Positions 25,515 to 37,026 of a stretch of DNA of 57,947 nt are shown in pieces. The notes under the pieces are model-generated. The model did not search any database. It saw only the letters and a program-made list of their open reading frames with translations, and was not told the origin of the DNA. The stretch is from positions 1 through 57,947 of the forward strand of contig MCFE01000559.1 in assembly GCA_002104905.1 (NCBI GenBank). The letters run 5' to 3'. Both the position numbers and the translations under genes were made by a program. The stretch is from Basidiobolus meristosporus CBS 931.73 (taxonomy: Eukaryota; Fungi; Basidiobolomycota). Positions within the stretch are counted from its first letter, which is position 1; every line of letters begins with the position of its first letter.

Positions 25515-28200
25515 CTAGACCATTAGGTCATCCTTACGCAGTGGGTTGATCTCCTTCTTTCTCCTCAGCTCGTAGCATAGCATTGCCCCGTTGTAGTAGA
25601 GCAAGTATAGGTGGTAGAATTGCAGCGCTGGGTCTGGGTGATTTTGTGGATGGGTCTCTGGCGGGAAACGTGACACAAACATTCCTATCAATCGTGTGAA
25701 TAATACGTGAGTATACATGAGTTCCATAGTCCATTCAAATCGCTCTCGAGCCACTACCTAGCAACGGCGCGGATGGGGTGAACTCGAGTGGAAGATAGGT
25801 CTCCGAGTTGAGCATGAACGTCTCCTCCCCTGAGGCAGCGCATATTCTAGTCCATAGAATTGGGCGTAAGACACAAAGATCCGTGCGCTCTACTCCTCAT
25901 TAAAACCATACCTTAGGGCGCGAACGAGTGCAACCTTTCCTTTCTGGCTAGCCACCACCGCTAAGCCTAGCTCGGCGATCCACTACGGGGATAAGCATGT
26001 CATTTAGCCATTCAAGCAGGCCTTCACCAAGAAATAACTTGAATTACCTCAATCATGCAAAGTCGATCGAAGGAGTTGAGCATCCGAATCCGACGGCTGT
26101 CTACTTTGGAGATGACTCGTTTCTCACAATGTAGCGACGAAAGGTTTCTAGTTGGATCAAGGAGAAAGAGGTCATGCACAGTGCTGTACAGAATCAGCCA
26201 TGGAATCTTCTTCTGGGCGGCTTTGTGGGTAGAGGAATAGCAGTCGAAGGCGGAAGTGGACGACTCGATCGTGGTAGGTGGAGGCAGATTAAGATGGGCG
26301 CGCTGTTGTGCGGTGAACAGTGGACGAATTTGAGAGTAGGAGAAAGCGATGGGTCTGCTGTTGGGGTTGACACCATCACCATCTGGTTGCGGAGTAGATT
26401 GCGTGGGGGGTACTGCGAAGCCGGGGCGGTTGCGTTGTCTGGACGGGTTTCGCACCAAAGTAATTGGCTCTTCAGTGGGGTTTGCGTGTGGAACATCTGT
26501 CGAGCCTGTGTCCAATTCATCCGTGGTGATGGTATAGTGGTCGTCTGACTGAACTGTTGCTGCCGTGGTATCTACTTCCCACATAGCCTCGGTGGCATTG
26601 TCATCCAGACTTTCATCACCGGATATAGTATCACCGTCCTCTTCGTCGGCCAGTTCGTCAAATCCGTTCCAGTCGTCATACTCGTCCACTTCTCGCTCGC
26701 TCCAGCCATCCTGGTCGGCCAACTCGCTGCCATGATAGTATCCGTATTCAATATCATCGTCGCTCACTGAGTCTTCCGTCATTTCATCATTCATTAATAT
26801 CAATTCGGTGTTGGAGTGGATCTCATCGGACTCGGATCGGTGGGATCTCCGCCATTGATCAATTGCATATCGAAGCGAGAGTGGGTTGAGAGGGTTGGTC
26901 AGGTCTGTGATGTGTGTGCCAGAGTCCTGTGAAGTGTTCTCCCATCCCAAGGCAAAGCTTGAGATGTGCTTGAAGGAAGCAACGGAAACGAATAATGCTG
27001 TCCAGCCCCTGCAGACAACGAAACAACGATTACTAGATGTGCTCTATATAGGTAGTCATTGTGCGGACCTACCAAGCGTTTCCGATACTATTTTTGTAGA
27101 TCGTTTCTCCGTTGCGAAGGTTCCACACTCTGCAAGTTCCATCGATGCTGCACGAAACTAAGAATTCTCCACATGGGCTGATATCAATGCTGGGCACATT
27201 GTGCTTGTGTCCGGTTAAGGTTGTCGTCGAGCTATTGACATCTGGTGAATCAAGACTGGTGGTTGAATAAGTGGTATCCTCAAGTTCAGATAATGGTGTA
27301 TCTGATTCTATATCAGTTAGAGAAGATTCTGAGCGCCTTGAGCCACGGAGATTATACACAGTAATATTATGCGAATTTGCACTCACGGCTAAGAGATGGC
27401 GGGGCCCGTTTAATGCTATACCCCAAGTGGAAACATTATTGCTAGGAATGAAGGACTGGATTTAGCAATCGAGCACTCGTTAAGAAACACCAAGCTGGCT
27501 ACCTAAAGCAGAGAGGACTGCGATCGAGCTTTTCGGTGAACCAGACGCGGACTTCCCCGCTGTCGTCCACAGAAACAAGGACTTCTTCAGAACCCAACAT
27601 TCCAACTCTGATGGCGTTGATGGCACACCTCTTTTACATACGATGCAAACATTTGTTTGTGAGAGGGAAAACATCGAACGAAAAACTATTCTGAACATAC
27701 TGGCCAGCTTGGATCATCTTCCTCTATGATCACCGGGGGATTTGGATTGGCCGATTTTAGTTTCAGAATTGGCGTTTGCGGTTTATCGTACGGATCCAGC
27801 AACTGATATACATGGACTTCGTCGTGCAAGGCTACGTTGTACCGAAAAAATATTATTAAGGAATACTGGACCACAACGGTCTGTTGGGGTTGTCTGGTTA
27901 CCTACGAAAAATTTCAAGGGATCTTTGCGACTGACTGCCAACAGATTTAATCGCTTGAAAAACCAGGAAATATTAGCCTCTGAACAGGCTGGTAAGAAAG
28001 CTAGCGCATTACCCAGGGACGTGCTGCCTCTACCGAGAGTGCATGGTCGACAAATATGGGGTTTACCTAGAGAAAATGGTCTGTAAGGGACTCAAACTAC
28101 ATGGGCGGCTTGGCTAGTACAGGAGGTGGATTTCTGGACAGACTGAAGGAAAATATACCTCTAATGGGTGGTATTCTTTCATATGTACTGGGCAATACAA
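25515..28200 (-). CDS. CRT10-like WD40-repeat protein, multi-exon (5' end approximate)
   Basis: Exon segments read LNLLAVS, INAIRVGMLGSEEVLVSVDD, STWGIAL..LLAVSANSHNITVY, GHKHNVPSIDISP..SCSIDG, an acidic insert, DRLCMIE and ELGLAVVASQKG. These match my recollection of the fungal CRT10 family. Stop codon at 25515. Confidence 0.75.
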
Positions 28201-29037
28201 GTAAATTGCTTCTACCGAGTTATTTCTGGTTTAACATAGGTTGCCAAAATGAAAAGACGCCTTGTCATATTCTCATGAGATCCTCGAGGTCTAATATGGT
28301 GACTAGTCATCTTCAGTTTGGATTAATCGCAGGTATTCGTGATTAAATGGTGGCTTATTTGTGATTGTGGCATTAACATGTAAATTGGGATCTACCTGAT
28401 GGAGCTGATCAACTGACTAACAATCAGCTCAGAAAATCAAGCTAAACCCAAAGGCAGAAGACATAGGATAAGTGGAAACCGAAGAACACCGTGTTTTATT
28501 TGTGGCAAATAGACTGTGCAAGACAGGTCAATGAGCCCAAACTATAGATATATGATTGGCACATGAGTACAAACATTGCCAGTGGTTGTTTACCTCCTGA
28601 CGATAAGACATGCAATTAGGTCTTTAATTCGTTTGAAGTTTCAGACACAATGAAGGGGTTCCTCGCCATTAGCATCCCTGCCATTTACTGGCGTTTCACT
28701 CATGTCAAGGCCAAGAGGTGGATGGAGTGTGATGGGTTGGCAATGGAGGTAGAGCTAGCTATTCCGTGGCATGGCTAACCTGCCCCAATATTCGTACGGT
28801 GTATGAGTCAGTTGGAGTTGGGTTATGGATTGAGTATATTAGTCACAAAGCAAGGCGTATTTATGCTCGTGGGACCAATAGGATGTATGCTGGATGTCGA
28901 GATCATCAGGTAAAGAAAGAAATTGCCTTTTCTAGATTCGGTATATGACATGGCTTAGCAATTCAACTCCAATTCATCCAAGCCTATTCATTGAAATCTC
29001 TTCCTACTTTGTCAGTACACTCTCCTAGAAGCGTAAC

Positions 29038-31084
29038 ATGTCAAGACTCCCCCCTATCGTTGATCATATCTCTGGTAAGTGCTTCCTGATATACGGGACT
29101 AGGTCCAACGTCTGTTCTTCCATAAATTTACGTCTATTTTCGCTTAGACCAGGTAGGCTGTACTCCCTTGGTCAGAATCCATCTCAAGGCTCAATCCTCT
29201 GCCATCAAGTGTGAGCTATGTAAAGTAAAAGCATGACTTAACTTAGCCTGTCAGCAGCTACTCACTCTAATGTTCGTTGTAGTGGGGAAATGCGAATTTT
29301 TGAATCCAGGAGGGTAAGAAACCTTCGGTCATCTGAGACAGCATTCAAGAGTTATTCATTGGACTTTCCAGTTCTCTTAAAGATCGGGTTGCCAAACGTG
29401 TGCTGGAAGATCTCGAAAGCCAGGAGAAAATCTCCAGCGACAGTACTTTAATTATTCCTACAAGTGGAAACCTAAGTTAGTGGCTACCATGGTTTGTAGC
29501 TTACCAAATCGGAGGCTAATCCCTTTCTAGGCATTGGTTTGGCTTTGTTCGCCGCTAGAAAAGGATATCACATAGTCGCCATTATCCCCGACAAAACAAG
29601 CATTGAGAAGGTTGCCCAATTTTGACCGGACTGTTTCCCTGCTGACACAGACTGACTTTCTGCTTTAAATTAGATTCAAGTGCTCAAGTCATTGGGTGTG
29701 GAGATTCTGCGTACTCCTGCAGATGCTCACCATGATTCGCCAGAGTCTCACGTTGGGGTTGCTAAGAAGCTGGCGGCGGATACCCCGAATTCTTTGGTTA
29801 TTGATGAGGTAAGCAGCGTCAACATCCTTTGACATTTTTCTTGCTTTTAACCTCCGTTACCCTCATTAGTATTCGAATCAATTCAGTGTAGCAGCTCATG
29901 AAGAGACGGCCGATGAAATCTTACAACAATGCAATGATAAGCTGGACATGATTGTCGTTGGCGTCGAGTCGGGTGGTTCTATAACAGCAATCGCTAACCG
30001 CTTGAGGGCAAAGCTACCAAACATCAGGGTATCAAATGGAGAGTAGATTACATTTGGGATGTGTCTGATTAGGATATTTTGGATATTTAGGTTATTGGCG
30101 TAGATGCCAAAGGATCCAGCATCACCAATCCTGACGAAAAGTTGGTTGGCAACTATAAGGTACGCTTCCATCTATGTCGCGGCGGAGCATCGCAGTTATT
30201 TATTCTCATTGGCATTGTAGACGCAAGGACTTGGGACCAACTTTACCCCACCACTATTGAATAAATCTCTAGTGGATGAGTGGGAGATAGTCTCTGATGC
30301 AGAGGCCTTTGGTATGGCTAGACGCCTAATTGCGGAAGAAGGCCTACTCTGTGGTAGATACTTGGTTTTTGTTGAGGATTCGATCCGCAACGGGCATTAA
30401 CCATTTGGTTATCCAGGAAGTAGTTCGGGAGCTGTCGTTGCAGCCGCATTTCGTGCTGCCGTCAACCTGGAAAGTACGCAGAGATGCGTAGTGCTCTTGA
30501 ACGATTCGGCTAGAAATTACGACTCGACCCTCTTAAAGTAGGTCTAGTTATTTCAAAGGACATATCTTGGTTCTCTCTGTTTAATCCATCTGGTCGCTAC
30601 CTCTAGTGAGAGCTGGCTAATTGAAAACGATCTTCTCGATAAGGGCTCGGCCGATAGAATCAAGCGCAAAGTCCAGAAATGGAGAGGGGCGGCCATCGCC
30701 GAGTTGAACCTGGCAATCCCCGTCAGCATCTCGAAGGATGCTACCATTGGCGAGGCCCTCACAACCATGGAGGAAAGAGATTTCGATCAACTACCGGTGA
30801 TCAATGCGAAGAAGAAGATGATTGGATTTGTCAGCAAGGGAAACCTCCGTCTGCAAGAAACTCTAAACCTCACGGATTCGGTCGAGAAGTGGATGTATAA
30901 ATTCTCCACCAAAAAGAAGTACATCCCCATCACATTGGATACGCCACTAGTCGAGTTGTGGGATTTCTTCGAGCATAATCCCGTCGCATTCGTAACTGAC
31001 ACCGAATTCAAATGGTGCTTAGGAGTGGTGACGAAATACGACCTCATTGATTTCCTGAACAAAAGGAACGGGTCTCTTCATTAA
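29038..31084 (+). CDS. Cystathionine beta-synthase-like protein (PLP fold II plus C-terminal CBS pair), many introns
   Basis: Exons read MSRLPPIVDHIS|DQVGCTPLVRI, KCEFLNPGG|SLKDR (PLP lysine), IPTSGNL, GVESGGS and GLLCG|SSSG. The terminal exon 30704-31084 contains CBS domains (FDQLPV..GFVSKGNL; GVVTKYDLIDFL). Confidence 0.88.
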
Positions 31085-32283
31085 CGGCCAATACTTTGCC
31101 ATTGTAAAAATCCCCAGCTGGGATGTATGGATTCCTTACTTGCTGGCGGTGCTTATTTCCAATGTGCATTGTCCATGCATGTTCTTTTCTTCGACATGAT
31201 CAATAAATTGCTATACCAGTGTATCATCAAGTAGAATGTGATTAGCCAACACACACATTGTCAAGAGCCAATGAAGAGGCTTTTCACACCCAATTTCCGT
31301 CCAGTTTAGCTGGCTTGGCTGTATCTGAGCATGGTATCTAGATGGCTGCTGATTGGAGCACCGGTTAATCCTGCTGTATTTTTAGTTTTGATGTCGAATG
31401 GAGCTCCAAGGCCAATGGGCAACAGATGCAGAAGTGATGCAAATCACATGGCCGGGTGGCTCTACTGAATCCCAACTCGTCATTGAAGCGATATGTCGTA
31501 TTCCTTGGGAACTATCTAGTCATGTACTGCTGTCTGACGGCCAGGAAAACGATGGTCGATGAGGTCTTGTCCGAATGGCAGATTCAGCCCAGTAATCTTC
31601 AGATGGTTTGTCAAAGCGTGTAGATACCAAATCGTCACCGTTTGAGAGTAGCAGTCATATAATAAAGTGCACCAGGTACGGTTCCATGTCAAACCCATAA
31701 GGATCTGGCCAATCTTACTGGATGATGCCTGGTTCGGGGTATCTAAGATAGCTGTTACGTCAAATTGGTAGGGGGACTAAGTGATTGTCTGCTAAATCCA
31801 GCGGTGAAGGGTCTAGGTTTCCTAGATTGTGACCATAAATATAGCGAAGTAAATCGTATACATGACATACCTGGATCTTCACCCAGACTCTGATTTATAA
31901 ATCAAGCTCTAATCCTCGACTCTCCAATGAATCGAGCTTCAGTAGCAAGATCGGTATAGACCGTCTTGGCAATGATAGGCCCAGGATCCATACGCTAGTT
32001 ATACGTTTCGCCGACCTTACTATATCGGTAACATTTCCGGCTTATTTAAGGAATCAAGTGATGATTTCAATAAATAATCAATGGAAACACAATGTCAGCT
32101 ATTTTCCACATCAGCATGTGCATCATCAGGTGGTATCCAAACTGAACGATCAGGTCTCAAGTTTGGCTCAGGTGCACCACATAAAAAGGCTGCCGGCCCC
32201 TTCAAGGCTTGATGAACTATTGCTACTGAGCGTTGCAGAGAAACCCCAACTAATAATTTGTTCGTTCGTACATAGTATAAGTT

Positions 32284-32945
32284 ATGAAACGTCTCCCGAA
32301 AAAACCACATCCTGCTTCCTGTGATGAAGTGCATGTTACGCCCGCAAAGGCGGGGACAAGCTTCAAAAGGCAGGGAAACCCTCCAAAGCGGCTATCCAGG
32401 TCAGGCTCTTGCCTTTCTCTCTGCGTACGTATGCCTTCTCCTTAATACCTTAAATATCGCCCTAAAGCGAACCATTTGCCAGAAGCCAGGGCGAGTGAAA
32501 AACCCTGACACCTCTAACGAACAAGCCGTTGAGCTATTACGGAAAGAAGCGTATTCCGAGTTGCAGCGACAAATTCAGCACTATAACGACCAACTGGTTG
32601 CTCGCATGAGATTCATCGAATCCTTACCGTATGAGGAGCAGCAGTCCTGGCTTGAAGCGTTTGTTCAGCACGACCATCTCAGGGACCAAGACGAGGATAT
32701 TGAGCTGATCATTGGGGCCATGAACGATTCGGCTTCAATCAAGGATTACTCCCCTGTTATAGAATGGCAACAGAACCAGGTATACATCTAAACGTTTGGC
32801 GTAGACCGGCTTGCTTCCTCGCGTACTAACCTCGAATGCTAGTTGCCGGACATTACAACTGAATGTATATATGCACATAATTTAGGTGACATGTGGTGAT
32901 TGAGCATTGCGCTGATCTTTTCCAAGACCAGGCGTGTATTTCACT
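32284..32945 (+). CDS. Hypothetical small protein, probably 3 exons
   Basis: ATG at 32284, a helical coding-like segment (EQAVELLRKEAYSELQRQIQHYNDQLVARMRF) and GT-AG boundaries. No recognised domain. Confidence 0.4.
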
Positions 32946-33094
32946 AAGTCTGTCGAAAGCCGATGTCCACAATTCCCTCCATTCAAACAAGCATCACCAT
33001 GTACCCATGTTTATTCATTTTGAAACCCTATTCCATTACATAATTCGATTTGTACCCTTTTTGCACCCTGACTGTACGTACTCCACACTTCACC

Positions 33095-36000
33095 AGAGGC
33101 GCGGCTAACGCCTAGAGCTGAAGTTCACTGAATATGACGAAGCGATTGGGAGAGTGCTAATGCACGATTAAACGATTGCTCCAGAATACTTTGTCCTTTG
33201 GCCAACACCTGGACACATTTATTGGTGTAACTCGTGCGATCGATGGGCCATAGCATCTCCTATGTAAATACTACATCGCCCTCTTACTAGATAAAGCCTA
33301 GATTAGAGCCTGCCTTGTTGCTGGGCATCAATGAGAAACTATTCGGGCTGTTTACGTTGGTTGGTGTTGGATGGATATAGGAGTCTCCTTCCTGGTCTTC
33401 ATGTGCCTCGTCATCAAAGCCTCGCCTGTTCGGTCCATGCGGATTCTTATATAAATTTACTGCTTGTGAGCATCTATCCTTAGCCGTAGTCATAAAATAA
33501 GGTTCATTAATGAAACATCCACATGAGGTTAGATCTTGTGCTGCTTCTGACTGGAGATAGAACAGCTTCTGTCGAGATTTAGTTTACAACCATGGTGGAA
33601 CGCGTATCTTCTGTGGGGTATCCGTTCTGATCCATTCCCTGAGTTCTGGTTAAAACGGATTTTTCTATTTCCATATGGTTGCGTTCACCACTGGACGGCC
33701 GGCTTAATTTGGCAATAGGGTCTAATATATGTGACGTCTGGCCGATTCCCATCCGTTCAGTGATAGCGCAACCGCTAGCCATTTTTGTCCAGGAGAGATC
33801 CACTCAATCGATATTATTCAACGGGCTCTCAGCAGCCAATCATTTGCGCAGAACTCTCGGTGAGCCAGCACACTCAGTGCGTAAGTTGTGAGCTTTAATT
33901 TGTCTCCTGTCACCTGATGCAAGAAACTCACTAGCTCAGCAGTTGCACATCCTATTTGACGTCGAAGGATCCAGATTGTTCCATTCATTTACAGGACGAT
34001 GAAGATGAATACTGATCGCAACATCGGTGCCTTAATTAATGTTTCCTTAATTCACATTCACTCTCCAATCCTTGTGTATGTCTATTACCTAACCTTTCAG
34101 TGCGGAATACATATGGGCGTTTCAGCATTTTCTGAAACATCAATATTCCTGGTATAAGGAGGGGACGGGCCAAGACTTTCACGGATTCAACCTCATCTAG
34201 GAACACAAAATCGTACTGCAGATCTGCCCTCACAAGAGATTGGTGTCAATGGTTTACTTCTGAAGCCGCCCACTAGCACGTATAGGAACGGTTTCCCCTT
34301 GAAACCGATGAAAAGAAGGAAATTAGCTGTCTGCCGAGATCTGCGCTGTCAAGGCCGTGCCTGAGCTTGATGCTTCTTGCATGCTCACCTATTTTACAAG
34401 ATCCAATTTGTGATCCTTTCGTCTATGAAATGCTAGTATATACGGCTTAATTCCCCGCGGTATATAACTATGCATTGGTAATACAAAGAGATGGTCACCG
34501 CCTGAACCTCACAAAAAGACAGACCCGTTGCATTCCAGTGCCAGGTTGAGTATTATCTCGTAGATTTCCCTTCAGCATCGCTGTTGCAAGCATATTCATC
34601 CATGTAGATATAGATTTACCCGAACACAGACCCTTCAATAGCAAATTAGCTCACCTAAGATTGAATTGTTCAGGAATCCAGACTAGTTTGATTCGGAAAC
34701 AAGATGCATTATCTTGACGAGTATGATCTGTGTGACACGCCCAGGCATGGGAAATGGACTACTATGAAAATCGTTGATATGGTTGAGTCAATATACCTTA
34801 GAAGGCAGGTGTCGAGTTACTGTTGCAGTGGCTCAGGATAATGTGACTTGCAGTCTCTAGCATAGAGTGTGATCCTGTATACTGCATGACTTGATGGGTA
34901 ACCAGTATCTTCTACACTTGGTTTGGTGAACGCTTGCTCCACAGTGTCAGCGTACTGGTTGTCGCGAACAAGTCACTTGCACAGTAAATATAGACTCAGA
35001 CATAGTCATGCCTCACTAGAGGATGTCAGATGAGCTGGATGGCATGGTGTCCATTAACTTGGGTGTTGCCAATCGCGCCCCACCTACTTAGAGTTGGGAG
35101 CCGACTTAAATCTTAATGCTGGCTAAGGAATTTGGGGAGAATGGTCAACGGCATTTGATCATTTCAATGGTGCCAACAATTGCTCGGATGCTGGTAATCC
35201 ATTGGATCACGGAAGTGCTTCACCAAGTCTCAACTGCGTGAAACACAACCCTACTTAGTGGAAGCTATGGACACTGACTTTGAGACCAAAGTGTTGCCCG
35301 ATCGAGAAAAAAAACTATTTAATAGTGCCACCTGCCCTGGCGTGTTTGATTCACTCTTGTATCGCATCTTATTTGCAGCCTAACTCAAGTCCCGGATAAA
35401 CCATATGGAGGGAAAAGATTGCAAAGCACAATTACATCACCCACGGGAGAAGCAACACTCCATCAAGTCATTCAAATGGTGGGAGAAGATGCTGCTTACC
35501 AAGAGTATAGAGCGCCTGCAAGCTGATGCTAAGAATACCACTCTGGAAAGAACGCACAGTGCGGCTGATCTTACAGCCATCGGGATTGGTGGCACTATTG
35601 GTATTGGCATCTTTGTACTGACCGGTTTGGCTGCGGCCAAAAATACGGGCCCGGCAGTTGTTCTTTCCTTTATTCTGGCTGGGCTCACCGCCAGCACTGC
35701 AGCATTCTCCCTTTCCGAGATGGCTTGCATAATTCCCGTCTCGGGTTCGACTTACACTTACGTCTACGCTACCCTTGGCGAGCTTGCTGGCTGGGTAATC
35801 GGTTGGGATCTGATTTTAGAGTACCTGGTTGGCGCCGCTACAGTCTCCGTAGGGTGGTCCAATTACTTTCGGTCGTTCCTAATGAATGCCTTTGGTATCC
35901 AAATCAGCGAACGCTACACCTCCGCCCCAGTCATCTTCGACACCGACACTCAGTCGTTCAATATGTCCGGTAGCATCATAAATGTGCCCGCCATCCTCAT

Positions 36001-37026
36001 CTCCCTAACAATCAGTACGCTTCTTTATACTGGTGTGCGCGAGTCGGCTAGGGTGAACACCGTGATTGTCATTACGAAACTACTCGTCATCGTGCTGTTT
36101 ATCACGGCTTGTCTCAAGTATGTTGATCCAAAGAACTACACGCCATTTCTTCCACCAAATCAAGGCTCGTTTGGTTTGTACGGCTTTTCCGGGTTATTGT
36201 CAGCTACCACCACCGTCTTTTTCTCATACATCGGCTTCGATTCGGTAACAACGGCGGCACAAGAAGCCAAGAACCCTGAAAGGGATGTGCCCATTGGAAT
36301 CTGGGCCTCGCTGATTATCTGCGCTGTGCTCTATATCGCCATGTGTATGATAATGACCGGCATTGTGCCGTACCACGAACTTAATTCCCCTTCACCTGTC
36401 TCAGTCGTGATTGCATACACAGGAATGAGTTGGCTCACAATTATAGTAGAGTTCGCCGCTATAATTGGCCTCACCTCAGTGATGATTGTATTATTGTTGG
36501 CACAATCCAGAATATTCTACACCATGGCCTGTGATGGCCTATTGCCATCGTCTGCTGCAAAAATCCACAAGAAATTCAAAACCCCGTGGGTGACAACGAT
36601 CGCCTCTGGAGCATTCTGTGCATTGCTAGGAGGAGTTCTTCCGGTAGATGTACTTGGTGAGATGAGCGCCGTTGGAACGCTGTTCGCATTTGCATTGGTA
36701 CATGTCGGGGTGATTATCCTGCGTTTTAGAAGACCTGAGCTACCGCGCAAGTTTAAGACTCCATTGGGACCATTTGCGATCCCTATCTTTGGTATTGCGA
36801 TGTCCGTTGTGTTAATATGTGGTGCAACTATCTCCACCATCTTACGACTATTCATCTGGATGGCGGTTGGATTGCTGGTATATATCTTGTATGGGCGTAC
36901 ACACTCGAAAATCTGCGAAACATTTGTAAGTCTTCATAATCACGAGATGGATAGCATGGGAAGAGCCAATGGGTCCGTTTAAGGCTGCTGATTCAAATCT
37001 TTTGGATAACTGGATTGCTTCAGGAT
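33095..37026 (+). repeat. Proximal arm of a ~3.9 kb inverted segmental duplication
   Basis: Reverse complement of 46501-50383. Homology starts at AGAGGC (33095/50383) and ends at CAGGAT (37026/46501). Confidence 0.93.
35405..36982 (+). CDS. APC superfamily cationic amino-acid transporter (CAT/YfnA-like permease), intronless
   Basis: TM1 motif GGTIGIGIF, GSTYTY, GWDLILEY, FSYIGFD and about 12 hydrophobic segments. Confidence 0.92.
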   Translation: MEGKDCKAQLHHPREKQHSIKSFKWWEKMLLTKSIERLQADAKNTTLERTHSAADLTAIGIGGTIGIGIFVLTGLAAAKNTGPAVVLSFILAGLTASTAAFSLSEMACIIPVSGSTYTYVYATLGELAGWVIGWDLILEYLVGAATVSVGWSNYFRSFLMNAFGIQISERYTSAPVIFDTDTQSFNMSGSIINVPAILISLTISTLLYTGVRESARVNTVIVITKLLVIVLFITACLKYVDPKNYTPFLPPNQGSFGLYGFSGLLSATTTVFFSYIGFDSVTTAAQEAKNPERDVPIGIWASLIICAVLYIAMCMIMTGIVPYHELNSPSPVSVVIAYTGMSWLTIIVEFAAIIGLTSVMIVLLLAQSRIFYTMACDGLLPSSAAKIHKKFKTPWVTTIASGAFCALLGGVLPVDVLGEMSAVGTLFAFALVHVGVIILRFRRPELPRKFKTPLGPFAIPIFGIAMSVVLICGATISTILRLFIWMAVGLLVYILYGRTHSKICETFVSLHNHEMDSMGRANGSV

